Below, piece after piece: positions 14,004 through 28,256 of a stretch of 64,000 bases of DNA (positions within the stretch are counted from its first letter, which is position 1; every line of letters begins with the position of its first letter). This DNA is from Squalus acanthias. Lineage: Eukaryota. The position numbers and the translations under genes are program-made. The stretch spans positions 9,796,001 through 9,860,000 of the forward strand of contig CM059438.1 of NCBI GenBank assembly GCA_030390025.1. Reading direction: 5' to 3'. Under the pieces are notes generated by a model. The model made no database searches. It had not been told where the DNA came from and was given only the letters and a program-made list of their open reading frames with translations.

Positions 14004-14669
14004 AATTGAAGCTAGCTTATAGGTGATCATTTTATCTTTACAATTTATCTGTGTTAAAACATTTAAAACTTCTGCAGTGTTCCCTGTTTTCCAGGAAGCT
14101 TTATCCCTTTAAACCAGCCCGTCTGCTGACATTCTAACTCATTTGGAAGTTGGGCTTTTTAATTTTTTAAACCGATTTTTTAAAAACCGTTTGAAACATC
14201 ACGTAAACAGGAAATGGTCAAGTGTACTCTTTGACAGATATCTAAAATCAATTTTTGGTTGATAAATCCGCAGACAGAAAGCATTTCCTGTGACACTGCT
14301 CTGGGCTGCACGATACTAAAATATTTTTTTTCCACAAAGTCTTGTGTGTATATCTAGAAATTACATTACAACTGTCTTAATATATTAGCATTCTTTCAAC
14401 TCATAGCTGCAGTAAATAATATTTTCATTTTGTTTTGAAAACCACGTAAAACCTCTGCAAAGAAGAAGCAAAAAATTCGTAAAGCTATACTGCTCTACTT
14501 TTGTCTTGGTAAAATCGCTATTAATTATCATGACTGCAGCGCTCCCTCAGTACTGCATGGTTCAATCTCTGGTCTGTGCTGAGTTACAAGATTTCAATTG
14601 GCAGTGATCATAGTGGCTGGCACTAGAATTAACCTTGTCATCAGTTGGGGACAAAACCTCTGACCCTGA

Positions 14670-14858
14670 AAGAAAAAAAGATTTGCATTTATATAGCGCC
14701 TTTCATGACCACCGGATGTCCCAAAGCGCTTTACAGCCAATGAAGTACTTTTTGAAGTGTAGTCACTGTTGGAATGTAGGAAACGTGGCAGCTAATTTAC
14801 GCACAGCAAGCTCCCACAAACAGCAATGTGATGATGACCAGGTAGTCTGCTTTAGTCA
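14670..14858 (-). mobile_element. Truncated SacSINE1-like SINE (3' part)
   Basis: Near-identical to 13550-13735. Confidence 0.8.
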
Positions 14859-15794
14859 TTATCTGGTAATTCCTGCTGGAAAATTTGTGTGGAATTTGAA
14901 TGAGGACAGAAGAAATTTGAAAGAAAGAGAATTTAACACACAGCTGTGACTTAAAAAAACGTTTTTTAATACTTCGATCCTTCCTCCTAGTAGAAGCTTC
15001 ATTTATTCTTGTCTCTTGTAGTGTATTGATTGTGGTCTGAACTCGCTATATTGAATATATGTTTTTTAAATGACTATTAATGGTTGTCTTGATACTCATT
15101 GGTACTGGTTAGACTAAGCAGTGGGCAATTAAAAAGTAATTCTGATTTGGCTTAATTCCATTTAATCATATTAAGCTGGGATGCCCTAATTTGTGTTATG
15201 TTCGTCTGAGCCATTATTGAAGAGGAATGTAGGTTTAAGTAGGAATCAAATCTTGCTATAATTGTTGCAAAATTTAGCCTGAATAAGGTTAATTTGCAAG
15301 TTGGCTGATGTTATCAAAGCGCATCAGTGCAGTTTGATTTCTGATGCTGTTTTTTATGTCGGTTAGTTTTAATCTTGTAGGATCTGAACATTTTCACATT
15401 GCACCAAGTTATTTATTTATGTTGTAAGCTCTTTAGGTTGATTGTAGATGGGTTTCAGTGGTTTAAAATTTAAAAAAAACTTGCAATTGTGGAAGTGGAG
15501 CCATGTGGGGTGGTCCAGTGCACAACTACACAGAACAGGGTGTGAGATTGCAGATGCCCATGAGTTGAATTAGGATTTGCTGTCACAGGGAGTGAAGGCT
15601 AGTTTTAAAAGTGGGGGGGGGGGTGAAATTGGAGGGTGGGCAGTAGTGGCCTTTACATAGGGGGCCTGCCTGCTCTCTTGGTCAGAAAACTATTGGGGTT
15701 GTTGAAGAAAAGAGCCACAAAACACATTGAATGAAAAATTGTAACTCTATGTAGATGGAAAACAATACATTTTTGCAATTAAACAATACTTTTT

Positions 15795-15884
15795 CCAGTT
15801 CTGACGAAGGGACACTGTTTCTCTCTCCACGGATGCTGCCTGACCTGCTGAGTGTTTCCAGCATTAACTGTTGTTATTTTGGAT
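15795..15884 (+). mobile_element. PLE 3' end remnant with the hammerhead stem II/GAAA part deleted
   Basis: ccagttctgacgaaggg[deleted]...ctctctccacggatgctgcctgacctgctgagtgtttccagc. Confidence 0.7.
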
Positions 15885-16407
15885 AACAATAGCTTGTTTC
15901 ATACAGTAGCTGGTGAATTTGGTTTACATTTGCTTGTTTTTGGATGGGCTTAAGGAGCTAAGTATCCCTTATGAGTCACTCATGGAAAAATAGTTGCTCA
16001 TTACACTCAATAGATCAATAGGAATGAAAGGTTATATATTAGTCTTTAAAGCCAGAATGTTTTTAAATTAAGGGATATGGCCTTGTGGATGAATACTGGA
16101 GCCTGTTGTAAGGCGTTAACTTGGAATGTTACTTTAATGTGTACAACCTGCAAAACAAATGTTACGTCATGATCTATGTTGGCATATTTTAAAGTTGTAA
16201 AGTTCTAGTGTTGGACCACTTTTGAACCGACATGATTACACAGCAAAATTCAGCAGGTTGGTATTGTGGCAGTGTAATTTGAACTTTGTACATAAACCAA
16301 CTTTTTAAAAAAATTAAAGGGCTATATATTATTTGATGGAAGAGACGCTGTTTACCACAGATACATTTGTACACACAAATTGTGATTACATTATCAATAT
16401 GACCTAG

Positions 16408-16572
<165 letters not shown>

Positions 16573-16830
16573 TAAAATGGTTTGTGAATTTCTGTGACAA
16601 CTTTCTGAAAATCAATATCTTTTTTTGTTTTTATATAGGTTTATTCAAAAATGTGCTGCATTTCTTTATTGGAGTTGCTTGACAGTCTTTCCACCAAATC
16701 TTGATACCATGAAAGAATGGGAGCATTCTTGCTCTTCTAAAAGTCAAATCTGAGTTTTAAGAATATTTGCATGTAATCTTGGGTGTAGATTTCCCAGCTA
16801 ACTGCTCAAGGAAGAGGACAAAAAAAAGTG

Positions 16831-17050
16831 ATAGGATATACGGCACAGAAACAGGCCATTCGGCCCAACCAGTCCACGCCGGCGTTTATGCTCCACACGA
16901 GCCTCCTCCCGTCTTTCCTCAACTAACTTTATCAGCATAACCCTCTATTCCCTTTTCCCTCATTTGCTTGTCTAGCCTCCCCTTAAATGCATCCATACTA
17001 TTTGCTTCGACCACTCCCTGTGGTAGCGAGTTCCATATTCTCACCACTCT
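16831..17050 (-). mobile_element. CR1 3' end
   Basis: ataggatatacggcacagaaacaggccattcggcccaacc; same family as 5520-5703 and 26305-26592. Confidence 0.85.
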
Positions 17051-17214
17051 TAGCCAAGAATCGGAAATCTAAAACTATGCTAGATCGTGTTTGATTTTTT
17101 TTCTCCTCTCCCACATAAACACTAGTGGAGGTGAAAGCTGAAGGTGTGGAAATATACTAGATTTCAGTGCTTTAGCTGATGCAGTGGTTTCTTCTGGCCT
17201 GAGCATGTTGCAAT

Positions 17215-17300
17215 ATGAAACAAAACACTGGAAATACACACCAGGTCTATTAGCATCTGTAGAGAGAAGACAAGTTAACATTTTGGGCGTATATGCTGCA
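17215..17300 (-). mobile_element. Degenerate PLE 3' end
   Basis: ctggaaatacacaccaggtctattagcatctgtagagagaagacaagttaacatttt resembles 59000-59065. Confidence 0.55.
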
Positions 17301-18815
17301 AGATAACTAAAAGATAAAAAAATTAGTACAGTTTGGAAAAAAAATAGAAAAGTGGGAGGAGTAGAAACAATAAATACTCCACTCACGAAAAATATTGCGT
17401 GCAGCGGGGCGGTTCTTCAGTTATTTAAATTAGGTACTGAAATGGCAGGCCTCCATGCAGCCAGCCTCATGACACTTTAGAAATACAACAAAAATGGTGG
17501 CTTTGGTGAGACTAATTATGATTGAGTGAATTTTTGAAAGTCTCAATTAAAAAAAAAATGCAAATATGTTCTTGGAAGAAATGCAGTGATAATTATACCA
17601 GAAATTAATTTTTCGCGGTAGCAAATCACTGGCTAAAACAAAATCGACGTTTTTTTTGTTGCAATTAGCAGGTTTCCTGTGGCATTGCAGTGAATCAGAG
17701 GATATGCTGTTTTATAACAATGGCGAGTTATGCCATGATCAAGGCCACTGATTTACACTGACTCACTATGCCAAATCAATGCTGTACGGCAGTGTTTTGA
17801 TTTAATCCTTCAAGCATTTTTAAACTAGCAATACGGATATTTTTCTAATATATCTGGAGTGACTAGAATGGAAATATGGAGTCTTGCAGCGGAACTCTTC
17901 AACTGGTTACCTTGATTATATTGGCAGTACCTATTGAGTAGCCTTTTTTAAATCCATTGTTTCTTGAGCCCTACAACTGTATGAACACAACCACTGCTTT
18001 AACAAAACGTTAGCAATAAGTAAATAGGCTCTTTGCTTTAATTAAGCAACTACTCAGTGGTGGCTCCTGTTTGAAACTGCATTAAATTTGAGTTTAGAGC
18101 TGAATGTTTCACTGTCTATTGCCAGGATACAACAGTCCTCTGTCTAAACCTAAAAGGACAAAGTTAAAACAAACTGTCTTCTGTCTTTAATTAGCCACTT
18201 GCTTCAGTCCCAGTTGTCACTGCTAAATAAAGGTTCCACTGTATTTTGTGTAAAATTGAGTGCAGTTGGCTGGTAAAGCTGAGTATGAGCTTTTGGCTTA
18301 ATCATACACTGTAGAAAAACGAGGGGACCCATTTACATTACTGATTTTTGTTTTACTGGGAACTGGCTTTGTGGATGGTCACTGTAGCCTTAGGTCTGAT
18401 ACTTTTACAGTAAAACAAACCAAGATGGCTTTGTTTCACAGTTCTGATTTTGTCAATTTCATAAATGTTGCTCAATATTTGTCAAGCAATACTCTAGGGA
18501 AGGCTCAACAATAGTTTGGACATAGTATTTGTTGGACAAGCTCTTGTGTCTAAATTTTCATAAAATAATGGCAAATGTTTGTAACTACCTCAGTGGCTGT
18601 TCCCTTGTGCTAGTTAGTTGGTTAGCCTCAATTCTGGGAACTCGAGGAAATAAATCTATTTCAGTCGCTTAGCCTTAAATAATATGAAGGTAGTGCCTGT
18701 GTTAAAATGCCTGCCATTGCAAGGAGTTTTTTAAAAAGGTTTGGTTACATTTTTTTCTAGTGGATTCGGGATGGTAAATTTTACAGATAACTACTTGATA
18801 TGGCCATTCCTTTAA

Positions 18816-19169
<354 letters not shown>

Positions 19170-20430
19170 TGATTCTGACAGGAAAAAGAGTTCTGAACAT
19201 TTTATATTACAATCAACTAAGGTTTAAACTTGATGAGAAGTTGTTTTCTAAAATATTGGCAAGTTTTTGATTCAGGCAATCTATTTTCAGTGGGCGTCAT
19301 ATGTTTATATTGCTGTTGAGGTTGCCCATTGTGCAGTATTGCTGCTGTTAACAACTGATCATGTATTTTAAAGTTAAAAGTTTATGGAAATAGTTTATTT
19401 ATTTCCAGCAGAGATTTTAAATTTACTGACCAATTTAATCTTTTTTCAGATTTCAGAAATAAACTGGAGGTGTACATTATATTGCATGCTTATTACAAAT
19501 TGGCTGGCACCCAGCCCTGTTCTAATTCTTTGGCTTGACTATTTATAGTTTTGCACTGCATTGTTATAGGACTTGATTTTTCCTTGTGATGTCTCTCTGC
19601 ATTTTATGCTATGGCTCTTACATTTGCCTGTAACTAGTTTCCAAGCCTCCCCATTACCCATTGTTTTACCACTTTTTTTGACTGTCTTGCACACTAAATT
19701 TGGCGATTATGCTATCTGTTGTATATACAAATTTAGATGTGAGATCTGTCATTAGTTTCTGCTGCTAATTGATGCTCACAGAATTAACATTCAAACTGTA
19801 TTGATCAAGCATTATCATTTTGGCAGGAGTGAAGTGAGTTTTCTTCAATGTAATTGTAGAAAGATCTACTTTAGGTGGTAAAACAGGTTGGTTTGTTCTT
19901 CCTTTGTTGCATTTATGCATCTTACAATTGCCCTATCTCCCATTTCCCAGTAAAGTGATTGACAGGTGGCTTGTTCTTTGTCAATGCTATAAATCGTCAC
20001 AGCTGCAATTGGGTTACTGAAGTGTAGCTGTTTTTGCACATCAGAATTTGTAGAAATCCTATCACTAATTTTAAAATTGTCTGAAACATCATCATATCTT
20101 ATGGACCAGGAGTAGCGACAACACAACGACATTTATTTAAAATCAGAGAAATCGTCTTTCCACTTCTAGTTTGCCTTTTAGTAATTGTAACACCCATATG
20201 AACATTAAAGGAGAATTTAAGCATCAAAGTAAATTTTTAGTTTATGGAAAAGTGCTAAGTTCCTTTTAATAATCACGAATTACAGAAAACAATAGTTTGA
20301 AGGCTTTCAGATTTCTCGCAAGTTAAACGTAGGCTTGATCAAAAAACAGTTACGCCAATAATTTACTTAACACACCCACTTTCATTTCTTTCTGGTTGAA
20401 TGATCCAAACCTGTCTTCTGGTCTCCATAG

Positions 20431-20649
<219 letters not shown>

Positions 20650-21538
20650 TAGAAATTAGCTGTTTACGTCACATTGCAGTAAAATCTCTGGTGTTAGCAT
20701 TTTAATTGCTTAAAATTAATGCTTTCCAACTAGGATTTCTTTTGAGTCATGGTCTGCAAAAGTAAAATTGCCTTAACTTGCCCTTCAAATGCCATGGAAT
20801 AAGAGTGGGACCCTGTATCTTAAACAAATAGTCACCCTGCGTCCTCTTCGCTTCCTATGTCTGTTCCATTTATTTTGTTTTGTCATTACCATCATGTTTG
20901 TGCTGTTAATCTCTTTTCAGAGTAGCGGGAGAGGAACCATATTTAATCCATTTTCAACCTGAGATTGAATTATTCACAGGAGCTGCAATGACTAGCTGAC
21001 CTTAGAGTAGCATGGGATCAATTCACCTACCTCGCAGCAAGCAATAATGTATGACTTGGGGAAGGGGCAGGGAGAGTCTATTTTTCAGTCGGGTGAAATA
21101 GTGCTCCAGACTGGTGAAAAACCTAAGCAGATTGAGCATCTAATTCAAATCTACAAAGCTTACCAGAAAGATCTTTGACCAGGTCGATGCTTACCAACCG
21201 TAAACACGATTTGCAAGATATTCTTGACTGCCTAACCCATCGAACCAAAAGGCTCTCCAAGGGACCAGAAAAGGTCATTGTTGTAATACTCGAGCTCTCA
21301 AACCAGCCTTGAGGCGTGTACAGTTGGAAGCTCTGAAAACTCTTTTATAGTCAATCTTATTAGTTAATGGATGTGTTTTTTTTATGTAAGGGGGGCCAAC
21401 ACAAAAACTGTGTACTTAAGAGCATAGTTGTATATTGAAAGATTGTTTTTTTTTAAATGTCTGAAATAATTATATTGTCATCTTAGGGCCACTTGCCTGC
21501 CATGGGATAAAAGAACATTTTTAAAATAAAAAATCAAT

Positions 21539-22249
21539 GGCCCTGAAATTGCGGTGTCTGTGACAGCGTACTCTTGAGTACGGCGTCGTAATCCTTTTGA
21601 AATGCTGCGCAAAATCCGGAACTTGCGGCCTGTCAACGTACCCGTTAACAGGCCATCTGCGGTGGGGTCTGAAAAAGCAATCACTGGCGCAGAGTTGGGC
21701 TATTTGTCCAGCGACTGGCCAGCAATTGCCCACGTAAGTCTTACGGTTGATGCAAGCAGGCCCGATGCCAGCTTGCATCAGCGTAAGGGGATATCTAAGC
21801 CTTAAATAAACATTTACATATCCAAAATTATGCACATACTTTATTAAATGAGTTTATGCAAATATTGGCCCAGATTACAGTTTTAATGCGAGATTATCAA
21901 AAAATTAAATTTTTATTGGGTTTGGTGGATTGAAGATAATTATAATTCAAATTCTGTTAATTGTATAATTTTTACATTTCGGGATTCCATTGCATATCAT
22001 TAGGGGATTCCCTTCGTAAATGATTGCAATGAAATTCTCCTTTGTCATTGGAGGACTGGGCCCACGTGATCCAAGGTACGCTTCCGAACCGCCTGTGTCT
22101 CTGGGATCCGTGGGCCATTACGCTGCCCTCCTCCTCGAGGCCTGAGACCGCAACTCTTCGCAGCCTGGCCACCAGGAGGTAATTTCGTAAATGTTTCGCG
22201 GGTCGGAGGCGTACTCTGGAGGTTCGCCTCCGACCGGAATTTCTAGCCC
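21539..22249. mobile_element. PIF/Harbinger-type MITE
   Basis: TIRs GGCCCTGAAATTGCGG / GGGCTAGAAATTCCGG (reverse complement); 3-bp TSD AAT at 21536 and 22250; CpG-rich ends with an AT-rich core. Confidence 0.8.
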
Positions 22250-22439
22250 AATGAATTTCTTAAGGGGGCATTAACACACACAATCATGCTATTTACTGAA
22301 TTTAGCAAAGATGATTCTACTTTTTTAATTAAAGATTAAAACACAGGGTTCACTTTAATTTTCTGTATCTTACCCATCCCCTTGAAGTGAGCATTTGAAA
22401 AAAGGTTATCTCCTATTCTCAAGATAAATAGGGGCCATC

Positions 22440-24059
22440 TTCATTGTGAAAGAGGAGGTAGTTGAGATACCGGATGGGATAAAAATTGATGAGGAGGTAC
22501 TAGAAAGGCTGGCTGTATTAAAGTAGATAAGTCACCAGGACCGACCGGATGGGATGCATCCTCAGACGTTGAGGGAAGTAAAGGTGGAAATTGCGGAGCT
22601 ACTGGCCGTAATCTTCCAATCCTCCTTAGATGCGGAGGTGGTGCCAGAGGACTGGAGAATTGCAAATGTTACACCCTTGTTCAAAAAAGGGTGCAAGAAT
22701 AAACCCAGCAACTACAGGCCCGTCAGTTTAACCTCGGTGGGGAAGATTTTAGAAACTATAATCCAGGACAAAATTAACAGTCACTTGGACAAGTGTGGAT
22801 TAATTATGAAAAGCCAGCACGAATTTGTTAAAGGCAAATCATGTTGAACTAACTTGATTGAGTTTTTGATGAGGTAACAGAGAGGGTTGATGAGGGCAAT
22901 GCAGTTGATGTGGTGTACATGGACTTCCAAAAGGCGTTTGACACAGTGCCACATAATAGGCTTGCTAGCAAAGTTGAAGCCCATGGAATAAAAGGAACAG
23001 TGGCAGCATGGATATGAAATTAGCTTAGTGACAGGAAACAGAGAGTAGTGGTGAACGGTTTTTCGGACTGGAGGAAGATACACAGTGGGGTCGGTACTAG
23101 GACCACTGCTTTTCTTGATGTATATTAATGACTTGGACTTGGGTGTACACGGCACAGTTTCAAAATTTGCAGATGAGACAAAACTTGGAAGTATAGTGAA
23201 CAATGAGGACGATAGTGATAGACTTCAAGAGGACATAGACAGGCTGGCAGAATAGGTGGACACGTGGCAGATGAAATTTAACACAGAAAAGTGCGAAGTG
23301 ATACATTTTGGTCGGAAGAATGAGGAGAGGCAATATAAACGAAAGGGTACAATCCTTAAAGTGGGTGCATGAACAGAGAGACCTGGGGGTATATGTACAC
23401 AAATCGTTGAAGGTGGCAGAGCAGGTTGAGAAAGCGGTTTTAAAGCATACGGGATCCTGGGCTTTATAAATAGAGGCATAGAGTACAAAAGCATGGATTT
23501 TATGATTAGCCTTATAAAACACTGGTTCGGCCTCAACTGGAGTATTGTGTCCAATTCTGGGCACCACACTTTAGGAAGGATGTGATGGCCTTAGAGAGGG
23601 TGCAGAAAAGATTTACAAGAATGGTTCTAGGGATGAGGGACTTCAGTTACGGGAATAGACTGGAGCAGCTGGGGTTGTTCTCCTTAGAGCAGAGAAGGTT
23701 GAGGGGAGATTTGATAGAGGTGTTCAAAATAATGAGAGGTCTAGACAGTAGATAAAGAGAACTGTTCCCATTGGTGGAATGGTTGAGAACCAGAGGACAC
23801 AGATTTAAGGTGATTGGCAAACGAACCAAAGGTGACATGAGGAAAAACATTTTTACGCAGCGAGTGGTTATGATCTGGAATGCACTGCCTGAAAGGGTGG
23901 TGAAGGCAGATTCAGTCGTGGCTTTCAAAAGGGACGAGAAGTACCTGAAAGAGAAAAATTTGCGGGGCGGCGGGGGAGTGGGACTAGCTGAAGTGCTCTT
24001 GCAGAGAGCCGGCTCGACTGGCTGAATGGCCTCCTTCTGTGCTGTAACCATTCTATGAT
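22440..24059 (+). mobile_element. 5'-truncated, decayed CR1 LINE
   Basis: ORF2 fragments (VPEDWRIANVTPLFKKG, NYRPVSLTS, FTQRVVMIWNALP); tail ctgtaaccattctatgat. Confidence 0.93.
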
Positions 24060-24962
24060 CTTAGCAAAATGGGTCTGGGGTGAGAATTTGGACCCTTATT
24101 GTAGTTTGAAGCAGACTGAGCTGAGCCATTTCACAAACTGCCCGTCTGGTTTCGATGCACACCTGCAAACTTTGGCTTCCCTCTTTATAAACTTGTGTGA
24201 ATTCAGTGTTCAACCTTTCAGTAAAACTCAATCCCAAAATCCTTTCTGTGAAGGAACAAAATCAAAAAGCAAAAATCATGAAATGTGACACAGACCTTGG
24301 AATGTGTCCATGCTTAGTGCCAGCATGCAGAGGCTTTAATATCTGTGTTGATCTTTTTGTTTTTGGTTTTTTGTGTTTCTTTTTGTAACAGCACTGAATA
24401 AAATGGAACATAAAAGCTAAACATAAATTTATTCAGAAGCATCAACTGCTGTATTCCTGTTCTATCAGCAGTAAGTCCTTCTGCTTCCTTGTCAAAACTG
24501 TATTGAAACTTCTATCAATCCTCCTTTCTCACCTCTCTCCAATCTTGATGGTTCAATTGCTAGTTCCCCACAAGATAACATTTATCTTTTTGACTCAATG
24601 GTTCCTGATGATCTTACCAATGAACCTCTTTCCGTTGCTGTGTTCTACCACTGTCGGCACCTCCACTCTTTGGATTCTAATATGGCTTCTGCTCCTAATG
24701 GCATCTCTTCATTGTCCTCAAGCGATGTACCTTTGAACTTGCTCCTGTCCTATTTGGTCTCTCCTTTTCCCTGGAAATTTGTTTATCTAGTGTGCTGATT
24801 TGAATCTGGCTAGCTTTGTATTTATCGCTAGACCTGTAGTTTTCACAATGTAGTTTGTTCGCGCCTGAGTGCTCTTTTAATAAACAAGTGGGTGAGCCAT
24901 GAGAGATTTCTAGGTGTGGAATTCAAATGAATTTACTAACTCTTACAATGGTTCATGTCTAG

Positions 24963-25115
<153 letters not shown>

Positions 25116-26304
25116 TAGACCTCGAAATCCAATTGAACTTGGCTACCTTCCTTAATTTTTTTGTCCTGTTTGTACTCTATGTTCTGTAATGTAAACTTGA
25201 CCTTCAAAGTTTGCTTCATGCCTTTAGTTCTTGGGCAGTCACAGGGATTGGAACCAGCACAGGTACGTTTAGAAATAAACATATAACTACATAACTGCCT
25301 AATTGGAATATTGAACCATTGGAATGGTTTACTTTCCCCTAGATTTTCCATTGTGGCTTTTGCTACTGTTGGATTTTGAGGTCTTCAGAGCCCCCTAAGC
25401 CCATTTTCCCCCCATCCTATTTGGAGTGCACAGTTTCAGCATTTCCACTCTAGTTGCTTATTACAATTCAGTAAGATACACGGTCACATGTAAATTTGCT
25501 ATACGGTAAATGGAGAGCACATTTGGTTATCCCAAAAATAAGAATAGTAAACCGCACTGGAAATTTAAAAATAAAAGTAGATTGTGACCCCTAAATCAGT
25601 CAGACATTGTTATTATGCTACAGTGCATTTGTATTTAGAACATTTGTCCTTGAATTTTTTTTTCTACTTGTCAAGTTTTGTATTAAGGAGAGTATCTTAT
25701 CAGGGATAAACTGTATACATATATAATTGAATGACTTGTTCAGACAAGAGGTGGAAATGGTCACAAATATTAAGGCGGTTGTGCACATTCAAATTTTGGA
25801 AATGCTATTGCTAATTCAAAAATTTTCCCATGAACTTCATAAAACTGAAATCTGTTGTGTTTTTTTTTAACATATAATGTGTGAAAAGCTATCCTTTGGT
25901 AAAATGCTAAGTAACAGCTGTATGACTTACTAGGTGTAATAAGCACTGTTCAGTAAATGTCAAATTGCCATCTCTATTTTAATAAAATGCTAAAAGTATC
26001 ATAGTAAAAACCTAATAATGGTTGTATTCTATTGTGGTAGATCATGTATTCCCATTATCTGATAGTCAGGAGGAGTCAGGTCAGTATGACAAAAGTTTAG
26101 ATTAATAAAATGTAAATTCAAATTTAGATTTTTAAATTCTTTACTCAAAGGTGAGATGTTTGAAGTCACCTACATGTGAAGGACATTTCGGGGAATTCAG
26201 TGTGCAGTTAGATGCTAGGCTGGGCAAGTTGGGAGTAATAGAGGGGCAAACTCTTGAGGCTAAATAGCCTTTCCTCATCCTTGAATTTTTTTCTTATCTT
26301 GCAT

Positions 26305-26592
26305 ATAGGATTACATAGGATATACGGCACAGAACGGGCCATTCGGCCCAACCAGTCCATGCCGGCGTTGATGCTCCACTCAAGCCTCCTCCTGTCTTTT
26401 TCCTCATCTAAATCTATCAGCATAACCCTCTATTCCCTTCTCCCTCAAATGCTTGTCGAGCCTCCCCTTAAATGCATCTATACTATTCGCTTCAACCACT
26501 CCCTGTGGTAGCGAGTTCCACATTCTCATCACTCTTTGGGTAAAGAAGTTTCTTTTGAATTCCCTATCGGATTTCTTGGTGACTATCTTATT
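26305..26592 (-). mobile_element. CR1 3' end
   Basis: ataggattacataggatatacggcacag tail plus gtaaagaagtttct... Confidence 0.85.
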
Positions 26593-26643
26593 TAAACAAA
26601 TGCTGTAGGAAGCATCAGGAAATCTTTCTTGAGCAAATACAAT

Positions 26644-27359
26644 GGCCTGGATTTTGCGGTGGGTAATGATGGTGAACTGTCAGCGTTTGCCGTCATTACC
26701 CCTCTGAAACTGACCATAACTTCAGGATTTAGTGCATGCGCAGCTAAATGCAGAAATCCTGAAGTTGCGGTTAGTCATTCACTGCTCCGACACTGGCTGC
26801 GCTGTGGACCTCTTTTCCCCCCCCAATAACTGGAAATCAGTGGAACTGGCGAAAACCTAAGCTAATATCGCTGTTAAACACCCCATTAAATGTTATGCCT
26901 TGTTGAAATAGGTGTAACTGGAGTTTTAACAGCATATTGACTGCTAAACAACCGTTCTGACCCTAAAAAACTAATTTTATATTTGTGGTGTGTCGAGCTT
27001 TTCCATTATGATAAAAATGACTAGATTTTTTTAAAGAAATGTTGTTTTAAAAAGTTTTTTCATATTTCAGCTTCTACCGTAACCCCATGTGTATGTCCCA
27101 ATCTTTATGTTGTGCTCTAACATTTTAAAAAAGTGCTTTTCATTTCCTGGTTTACTATCTGAGAATTCTTTAATGTGATTGGCTGCTTAGACAGCTTGAT
27201 GACATCACTGCTGCTCTTCGCTGGAGTTCCCCTTTTGACAGCGCGACAATCAATTTCACGTTGAGGAAGCTAAAGTTCTCGCCACGAGATCTCTGGGCAG
27301 CTTTCTTCGAGGTCAGCGGCGATCGCCGTCACTTTGCCGCTGAGTGCAAATTACGGGCC
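26644..27359. mobile_element. PIF/Harbinger-type MITE
   Basis: TIRs GGCCTGGATTTTGC / GGCCCGTAATTTGC (reverse complement); flanks AAT/ATT; subterminal hairpins. Confidence 0.7.
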
Positions 27360-28256
27360 ATTGAAACCTTGAATTAACAAATCTTGTTTATCCCCATGCA
27401 GTGATTCCAATGAAAGTTCACACAGTTTATATGGAAGCTTCATCTTGTCTGCTAATTACGTTGATATCAAATAAATTGTTTCAAGGAAATAGTGCAATTA
27501 GGCATTCCTAGTAACGGAATGGCCATTAAAGGAAGTGCACTGTATAGCTTATAATCATGTGGTAGGGTATGGGTGGGAAGGAATAAACAATGATGCTATT
27601 TGGGCTCTCTCCCAGCACTTCAAACCTACGTTTATCGCAAAAAGGCTCTTTCCTTAAGCGGACCCACATCTTTTATAAACTGAAACTTGCACCCTTATGC
27701 ATGAAATGAATGGAATAGTATGCCATAGGGCTAATGATCCTTTTACTGTAGTATTGTGTACTGGAGACAAAATGCACTGCTCACCATGTTCTGCAGTCCA
27801 CGCCAAAAGGTGGTGGATGTCACCTTGTCAGCCCACTGCGCCAGGCTAAAACTAAAAGCTACATTTATTTACAAGCAAGATAATTATACAGATGCTTAGC
27901 AACTGACTAGTAGTACAATATTTGACTTGCACGTTACTTAAACTGTTCCAAGAAGAGTCCAAAATCTGTAGCGATCTTTCCAGAGTCTCTGAAACATTGT
28001 GAATGATAACCACCATGGAGTCCCTGTTTGCCATCTTGTGTAGCAGAGGACTAAAGTGCTCGAGAAGGCCCTCTGCTTTTATAACCGTTTCTGGGACTTC
28101 CAAGGACTGGTTTCCTCTGAAATTCTTTGACGGGCAAATATTTTATCACTCAAATCGATACGGTGTGAATGGCAGTCTCTTTGTCGTTTGTTTGAGTTTG
28201 TTCTTGACATTTAACGTTCAGGGAAATAATTCTAAATATTTTATACGAGTTTGCTT

